A DNA stretch of 48,911 bases from an uncultured Candidatus Saccharibacteria bacterium. Its GTDB lineage: Bacteria > Patescibacteriota > Minisyncoccia > Portnoybacterales > UBA2143. Below are positions 43,408-48,911 of this stretch, piece after piece. The stretch spans positions 5,778 to 54,688 of the forward strand of contig CAYQQO010000001.1 of assembly GCA_964420115.1 (NCBI GenBank), written 5' to 3'. The notes under the pieces are model-generated. The model was not told the origin of the DNA. It saw only the letters and a list, made by a program, of their open reading frames with translations, and ran no database searches. A program made the translations under genes and the position numbers. The stretch's first letter is position 1, and each line of letters begins with the position of its first letter.

Positions 43408-45099
43408 ATGAAAATTTTTTTTAGAAAAAACTGGGTTTTAATATCAATTCTATTATTTGCTTTCTTGATTAGGGTTGTTGGTATTTTTTATGGTTTTCCC
43501 TTGGGTGGTGTTTTTAGTGACGAAGTACCGACTGTTTTAGCTGTTTTAAAAATGATTGGCCAACAGTCCTGGCGGCCTGATTTTGCCGGTTATTATTACC
43601 CGGCTCTTTTAAGCTATATTTATCTCCCCTTTTTTGTTCTTTTTTTAGCAATTGGCTTGTTCATGGGGTTATTCCCCAGCATTGAGTCGTTGAAAGAATT
43701 AGTGATTTTAACCCCTGGTTATTTTCTGCCCTTGGCCAGGTTTATAAATATTATTTTAGCAGTAGGGACTATTTTTCTTGTTTATAAAATTGCTTTTAAG
43801 CTATTTAATAATAAAACCACTGGGTTGATTGCTGGTTGGTTGCTGTCGGTTAGTTTTTTTTATTCACATCAGTCTCATTTTGCCACCACTTGGATTGGGC
43901 AGACATTTTTTGTTGTTTTAGCAGCTTATTGGGCGGTTTTGATGTGGAATAAAAGGGAATTAGCAATTAAAGATTATTTAATTGGCGGATTGTTGGTCGG
44001 AGTCGCTTTTGGTATTAATTTTGTCGGCGTTCTAAGTTATTTGTTTTTTTTGGTAGTTCATTTCTATAAGAATAAAGAAAAAACTTTTTTTAAAAAATTT
44101 ATTATCAATAACAAATTCTGGGTATTAAATTCAACAATTCTTCTTTTAGTTATTGTTGTTTATATTTTAAATCCGCACGGATTAAATAATTATATAAATC
44201 GCTTGACAATCGTAGAGGGGCCCTCTAGTCATTATCAAATATTCGGGCGTGATATACATCATGGCAATGCCAGTTTTTTTGATCGTTTTAATTACTACCT
44301 TTCTTCTTTGTGGTACTTGGATACAGTTTATGCCATTTTGTTTCTTCCTGCTTTAACTTTGTTATTTATTAAAAAAAGACATATCTTTGTTTTTCTTTTT
44401 TTCTTTATTTTTTTATACTTATTTTTTCTTTCCCCTTTGACGGGATTAATGCAGAGATATCTTTTGCCGGCGCTCCCTTTTGTAATTGTTGTTTTAGCTT
44501 ATTTTGCCTATTGGCTGGTAAGCGGCTTTAAGAGAAATTATATAAAAATATTTTTGATTATTTTAATTACTGCTCCTTCTCTTTACTTTTCTCTTCTTTT
44601 CGACACAAAAATAATTCAAGGAGACACAAGAACAGAAGCTCGTTTATGGATTTATAATAATATAGACAGCGGTAGCGCTATTAACAATATAAGCTGGCCG
44701 AAGTTGTACCTTAACGAAAGCAAAGAGATAGTCTCCTTGTTTGAAGAAAAAAAGCCAGCTCTTTTTTCAACAAAAAGAAATTATTTGAAAAATCTTTCAA
44801 AAGAGAATTACCCAGAGCCAAATTATTTTATTGTCACCAATAAAGATATATTAGAAGACCTAAATGTTGAATTTAATTATTTTATACTTGCTGATTACAA
44901 TTATCTGCAATTAGAAGAAAGAAGAAAAATACTTCCAAAAGGAGCTGGGATTATTAAACGCTTTTATCCTGTAAGCGGAGATGATAAGAAAAACATTAAC
45001 GGAGAATTAGATGGAATTTTTTTAGATTATCCATGCCAGTTAAAGAAAATTGAAAAAGGCGGGCCATATATTGAGATATATAAAGTGGATAAGATATGA
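43408..45099 (+). CDS. GT-C-fold membrane glycosyltransferase (ArnT/PMT, GT39/GT83-like), 563 aa
   Basis: First-loop acidic motif GGVFSDEVPTVLAV. More than 10 TM helices plus a C-terminal soluble domain. The track start at 43402 is TTG; the ATG at 43408 is preferred. Confidence 0.6.
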   Translation: MKIFFRKNWVLISILLFAFLIRVVGIFYGFPLGGVFSDEVPTVLAVLKMIGQQSWRPDFAGYYYPALLSYIYLPFFVLFLAIGLFMGLFPSIESLKELVILTPGYFLPLARFINIILAVGTIFLVYKIAFKLFNNKTTGLIAGWLLSVSFFYSHQSHFATTWIGQTFFVVLAAYWAVLMWNKRELAIKDYLIGGLLVGVAFGINFVGVLSYLFFLVVHFYKNKEKTFFKKFIINNKFWVLNSTILLLVIVVYILNPHGLNNYINRLTIVEGPSSHYQIFGRDIHHGNASFFDRFNYYLSSLWYLDTVYAILFLPALTLLFIKKRHIFVFLFFFIFLYLFFLSPLTGLMQRYLLPALPFVIVVLAYFAYWLVSGFKRNYIKIFLIILITAPSLYFSLLFDTKIIQGDTRTEARLWIYNNIDSGSAINNISWPKLYLNESKEIVSLFEEKKPALFSTKRNYLKNLSKENYPEPNYFIVTNKDILEDLNVEFNYFILADYNYLQLEERRKILPKGAGIIKRFYPVSGDDKKNINGELDGIFLDYPCQLKKIEKGGPYIEIYKVDKI

Positions 45100-46058
45100 A
45101 GCGCTATACAGTTTTTTTAGCTAAAGCATTAATAACTCTTGCTGTTTTATACTTAATTTTTTTGAAGGTTGACTTGAAAAGCGCTGTTATGCATATTAAA
45201 ACAGCCAGTTTTGCTTTAATTTTTTTGGCTGTTTTGGCTAATTGCGCTTCGGTTATTGTTAATTCAAAAAAATGGCAGGTTTTAATGCGCTCGGTTAGTG
45301 TTGATATTGATTTAAAACCCTTAATTTATTTGACCTTTTCAAGTTTGTTTTATTCTTCTTTTTTGCCCGGCGGGATGCTTACCGGCGAAACTATCAAATG
45401 TTACAAGGCGGCCCGCGGCAGAGCGAATAAAGGGAGGATTATAATATCTGTCTTTATAGACAGATTGACTAATTTTGCCGCTTATATTTTAATGGGTTTG
45501 TTATTTTTACTGATTGTTTATAAGAAGGAAATGTTAGAGTACCAAGTTTTGTTAAGTTTTACTCTTTTAGCTTCTTTAGTGACTATTTTGGCTGTTTTAA
45601 TTATTTTTAGTTCCAGATTGATAAGTTTTTTCTTTAAAATAATTGATAAAATTTTATCAAAAATAAGGCAAATTCGGCTGACGCGTTTAAGCAAGTTATT
45701 AAAAGAAAATATTTTGTTTTTTAGCAAAGAAAAGAAAACGTTTTTTGTGATTTTTGTTTATAGTATAGCCGGTTATTTTCTTAATGTTTTAATTGTTTGG
45801 CTGGTTGGCATTGGTCTGGGTTTGGATATTAACGCAGCTCATTATTTTTGGATGACTTCTTGGGTGACTATTCTTATTTTATTGCCAATAACTGTTTTGG
45901 GTCTTGGAATACGCGAAGGATCATTTATATATTTTTTAGGTTTGCTTGGGGTAAATTCTGAATTAGCCTTGAGTTTGTCGATTTTAGTTTTTGTGGCTAA
46001 TATTTCCGCAGCTCTCGTTGGAGGCGCTTGGGAAATGATTATTTTTTTTAAAAGGTAG
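45096..46058 (+). CDS. UPF0104 / LPG-synthase-TM 'flippase-like' membrane protein, 320 aa
   Basis: About 8 TM helices. N-terminal KALITLAVLYLIFLKVDL...NSKKWQVLM is the pattern typical of this family. ATGA junction with the GT-C gene. Confidence 0.6.
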   Translation: MKRYTVFLAKALITLAVLYLIFLKVDLKSAVMHIKTASFALIFLAVLANCASVIVNSKKWQVLMRSVSVDIDLKPLIYLTFSSLFYSSFLPGGMLTGETIKCYKAARGRANKGRIIISVFIDRLTNFAAYILMGLLFLLIVYKKEMLEYQVLLSFTLLASLVTILAVLIIFSSRLISFFFKIIDKILSKIRQIRLTRLSKLLKENILFFSKEKKTFFVIFVYSIAGYFLNVLIVWLVGIGLGLDINAAHYFWMTSWVTILILLPITVLGLGIREGSFIYFLGLLGVNSELALSLSILVFVANISAALVGGAWEMIIFFKR

Positions 46059-46119
46059 GGCTAATAACTTGTTTTATTTTAATAACAAGGCAAAGGCTCT
46101 GTGAATTTTTTATAGGATT

Positions 46120-47343
46120 ATGAAGATTTTATTCTTGATAGATTATTTTCCTCCCGAGCATTTAGGCGGCGCTGAAATGGTTGCTTTTCGTTTGGCAAAA
46201 GAAATGAAAAGATTAGGCCATCGGCTCTGTGTTATAACGACAACAAGAGAAAGGAAAAAAGCGGGAGTAGAAAATTTAGAAGGGATAAAGGTTTATCGGA
46301 TTTACGCGGATTATCACCCCAGATGGCGTTCTTATCTTTCTTTGCATAATTTTCGTATAATTAGTCAAATTGAAAAAATTATAAAAGAATTTCAGCCAGA
46401 TATTTCGCATTTCCATAATATTCATTGGTATATATCATATTATTCTATTAAATTGGCTAAAAAATATTCTAAAAAAGTTTTTTTAACAGCTCATGACGCA
46501 ATGATTGTCCATTATGGCAAGTGGCTGCCGAAAGAAAAAAATGATTATAAAATAACGCTTTTTGACCAAATAAAAACAGCTAAAAAAAGATATAATCCTT
46601 TTAGGAATTTATTTATTGGTTATTGCTTGAAATCTACTGATAAAATTTTTGCTGTTAGCAATTCATTAAAGCGCCTTTTGGTTTTAAACGGCGTTAAAAA
46701 CACAGCTGTCATATACAATGGGATAAATATAAGAAAATGGCAGAAAAAAGAGAAGGCAGTTGGGCAATTTATAAAAAAGCATCGGTTAGAAGACAAGAAA
46801 GTTATCCTTTTTGCCGGCCGTTTGAATAAGGCGCGGGGAGGCGAAGTGATTTTAAAAAGTTTAAGAGAAATCCTTAAAAAAGAACCAAATACTATTCTTT
46901 TGGTTATTGGCAAAAAAGACGCCTATGCTTCTCTTATGGTGGATTTGTGCAAAAAATATAAGTTGGGAGATAATGTTGTTTTTACCGGCTGGATAACAGG
47001 CCAAGAGTTGAAAGCGGCCTATTGGAGCAGTGATTTGGTTGTTTTTCCTTCTCTTTGTTTTGAGAGTTTTGGTTTAGTTTGCTTGGAAGCAATGGCGGCG
47101 AAAAAGCCGGTTGTGGCCAGCTATTTTGGCGGACCGAGCGAAATAGTTTTAGACAAGCAGAGTGGTTATCTGGTCAATCCTTATAATATAAGCCAATTGT
47201 CAGAAAAAAGCTTAGAATTATTAACCAACAAACAGAGAAAGGAAGAGTTCGGCCAAGTTGGCTTTAAAAGAGCTAAGCAATTGTTCACTTTAGAAAAACA
47301 AGTTGATGCTTATTTAAAGTGGTATAAAGGCAATTATGAATAG
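46120..47343 (+). CDS. GT4-family glycosyltransferase, 407 aa
   Basis: PPEHLGGAEMVA and FESFGLVCLEAMAAKKPVVASYFGGPSEIV. Confidence 0.85.
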   Translation: MKILFLIDYFPPEHLGGAEMVAFRLAKEMKRLGHRLCVITTTRERKKAGVENLEGIKVYRIYADYHPRWRSYLSLHNFRIISQIEKIIKEFQPDISHFHNIHWYISYYSIKLAKKYSKKVFLTAHDAMIVHYGKWLPKEKNDYKITLFDQIKTAKKRYNPFRNLFIGYCLKSTDKIFAVSNSLKRLLVLNGVKNTAVIYNGINIRKWQKKEKAVGQFIKKHRLEDKKVILFAGRLNKARGGEVILKSLREILKKEPNTILLVIGKKDAYASLMVDLCKKYKLGDNVVFTGWITGQELKAAYWSSDLVVFPSLCFESFGLVCLEAMAAKKPVVASYFGGPSEIVLDKQSGYLVNPYNISQLSEKSLELLTNKQRKEEFGQVGFKRAKQLFTLEKQVDAYLKWYKGNYE

Positions 47344-48790
47344 TATTGTTTTGTTTTTTCCTAAATTTACTCCCCAAGACATAGAGTCTCGGCTTACGCC
47401 GGCGAGCTTGCTAATGGTGGCTGCGCCTTTAATCAAAGCGGGGTATCAGGTTAAAATTATAGATCAAAGAATTGATAAAAATTGGCAAAATAGTCTGTTA
47501 GGAGAACTAAAAAAAGAACCTTTATTGGTTGGCTTCTCGGCTATAACTGGAGAACAGCTACTTTATGCTGTAGAAGTTAGCAAATTAGTCAAAGAAAAGA
47601 GTTCCTCTTATGTTGTTTGGGGAGGCATTCATGCTTCCTTGCTGTCTGAGCAAACCTTAGCTAATCCTTATATAGATTTTATTGTTGTTGGCGAAGGTGA
47701 AAAAACTTTTTTAGAGCTAGTCCAGTCTCTTAGCGGAAAACAATCTTATCATTTAATTAAGGGGTTGGGATTTAAAAAGGGGGACGAGTTATATATTAAT
47801 CAGCAGGATGAATTTTTAGATTTGGATAATCTTTTGCCAATGCCTTATCACTTAATTGATTTTGACAAGTATGTTACTCCTAAATCATTTGCCAGCGGCA
47901 AACCGGGCAGAGGCATTGATTTCTATACCAGCCGGGGTTGTCCTCATCGTTGCGGTTTTTGCTATAATCAAGTTTTTAATAAAAGAAAATGGCGGGGCCG
48001 TTCAGCTGAAAAAGTTGTTGAAGACATTGAAGGATTAGTTAGGGATTATCACATTACGTCTTTGGACATTGAAGACGATGAATTTTTTGTTGACAGAAAA
48101 AGGGCGGGCCGGATTGCAGAGCTGATAATTGAAAGAGGAATCAATATTGATATATTTACAGCTTGCCGTGTTAATTACGTGGTTCATATGGATATTGATT
48201 ATTTGAAATTATTAAAAAGAGCCGGTTTTGCAACTCTGGCTTTTGGAGTAGAATCAGGCTCGCCTCGCATTTTAGAACTGATGAAAAAAGATATAGCTAT
48301 TGAACAAGTTTTTGAAACAATCAAAAAATTAAAAGAAGCCGGCATTAATTCAAAATACTATTTTATGGCCGGTTTTCCCACAGAAACTATTAAAGATTTG
48401 TATTTAACCACTGATTTAATCCAAAAAATGAAGCAATTAGATCCGGGGATTAGAATACCTGCTTGGCGTGTTTATACGCCTTATCCCGGAACTAATCTGT
48501 ACCAATTAAGTATTGATAACGGTTTTGTCCCTCCCAAGGATCTTGAAGAATGGGTTAATTATGATTTTAATACAATAAAAATGCCCTGGGTTAAGGGCAG
48601 AAGAAAGAAGATTATAGAGAGTGTTTCTTTTCTTAATGCCTATTTGGGGTTGAAGTGGATAAAAAGCAAAGGGATTATCCCAACATTAAAAAGATTTTTT
48701 GGCTATATGGTAAATTGGCAATGGCAATCTCATTTGTTTTTTACATGGCCAGAAGAAATAATTGTCAATTTAGTCAAAAAAATGAGATAA
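47336..48790 (+). CDS. Cobalamin-binding (class B) radical SAM enzyme, 484 aa
   Basis: LVGFSAITGEQ...VVWGGIHAS and SRGCPHRCGFC. Confidence 0.8.
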   Translation: MNSIVLFFPKFTPQDIESRLTPASLLMVAAPLIKAGYQVKIIDQRIDKNWQNSLLGELKKEPLLVGFSAITGEQLLYAVEVSKLVKEKSSSYVVWGGIHASLLSEQTLANPYIDFIVVGEGEKTFLELVQSLSGKQSYHLIKGLGFKKGDELYINQQDEFLDLDNLLPMPYHLIDFDKYVTPKSFASGKPGRGIDFYTSRGCPHRCGFCYNQVFNKRKWRGRSAEKVVEDIEGLVRDYHITSLDIEDDEFFVDRKRAGRIAELIIERGINIDIFTACRVNYVVHMDIDYLKLLKRAGFATLAFGVESGSPRILELMKKDIAIEQVFETIKKLKEAGINSKYYFMAGFPTETIKDLYLTTDLIQKMKQLDPGIRIPAWRVYTPYPGTNLYQLSIDNGFVPPKDLEEWVNYDFNTIKMPWVKGRRKKIIESVSFLNAYLGLKWIKSKGIIPTLKRFFGYMVNWQWQSHLFFTWPEEIIVNLVKKMR

Positions 48791-48911
48791 TTTATATATG
48801 TTTTTAAATATTTACAGGAGAATAATGTCAAAATACAGTTTATCCAATTATGAACAAGAAGAAATAATTGTCAATTTAGTCAAAAAAATGAGATAATTTA
48901 TATATGTTTTT
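48751..48911. repeat. 55-bp perfect direct repeat (48751-48805 and 48857-48911) duplicating the 3' end of the radical SAM gene
   Basis: AGAAGAAATAATTGTCAATTTAGTCAAAAAAATGAGATAATTTATATATGTTTTT occurs twice, 106 nt apart. The second copy runs to the window edge. Confidence 0.9.
48825..48896 (+). CDS. Possible 23-aa micro-ORF MSKYSLSNYEQEEIIVNLVKKMR created by the duplication
   Basis: AGGAG lies 4 nt upstream of the ATG. The last 12 residues are identical to the C-terminus of the 47336-48790 product. There is no other support. Confidence 0.2.
   Translation: MSKYSLSNYEQEEIIVNLVKKMR

Noticed and set aside
1-48911. A prophage, plasmid or transposon origin for the window
   Set aside because: No integrase, transposase, Rep, partition, capsid or terminase-like ORFs were recognised. 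The terminal sequences do not overlap, so there is no evidence of circularity.

Overview
This is an AT-rich, very gene-dense bacterial window with almost no non-coding DNA. The style (small tightly coupled genes, an ECF sigma followed by a DUF5667-like membrane protein, a Wzy_C-TPR fusion, a giant repeat-domain secreted protein) fits a Patescibacteria/CPR-like genome; that placement is inference, not a search result. All family calls come from motifs read by eye, because no homology search was possible.

Layout:
- (a) 1-2214: an ECF sigma factor gene flanked by two different short-repeat arrays. It is followed by a putative anti-sigma-like membrane protein.
- (b) 2215-5892: a 1225-aa secreted, S/T/A/G-rich, multi-domain surface protein. 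It is GC-rich relative to its flanks.
- (c) 6074-9066: a TPR protein and a Wzy_C (O-antigen-ligase/O-oligosaccharyltransferase family)-TPR membrane protein.
- (d) 9073-48790: about 40 kb holding 34 back-to-back genes for glycoconjugate synthesis and decoration.

The 34 genes in (d) are:
- 8 GT4-type glycosyltransferases, 2 GT2 and 2 GT-C-like membrane transferases.
- A flippase-like UPF0104 protein.
- sat and cysC (PAPS synthesis) plus two sulfotransferases.
- Four cobalamin-binding (class B) radical SAM enzymes and two radical SAM enzymes with a truncated SPASM/twitch domain.
- Three AsnB-type glutamine amidotransferases and three SAM methyltransferases.
- A CE4 deacetylase and a formyltransferase-GNAT fusion.
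- A WbqC / dTDP-glucose 4,6-dehydratase / DegT aminotransferase amino-sugar module.

The most interesting candidate is this cluster as a whole. It looks like a machine for a sulfated, amidated, N-formyl/acyl amino-sugar glycan that is also modified by radical SAM enzymes, probably displayed on the adjacent giant surface protein or envelope. I saw no rRNA, tRNA, CRISPR array, transposase or integrase.
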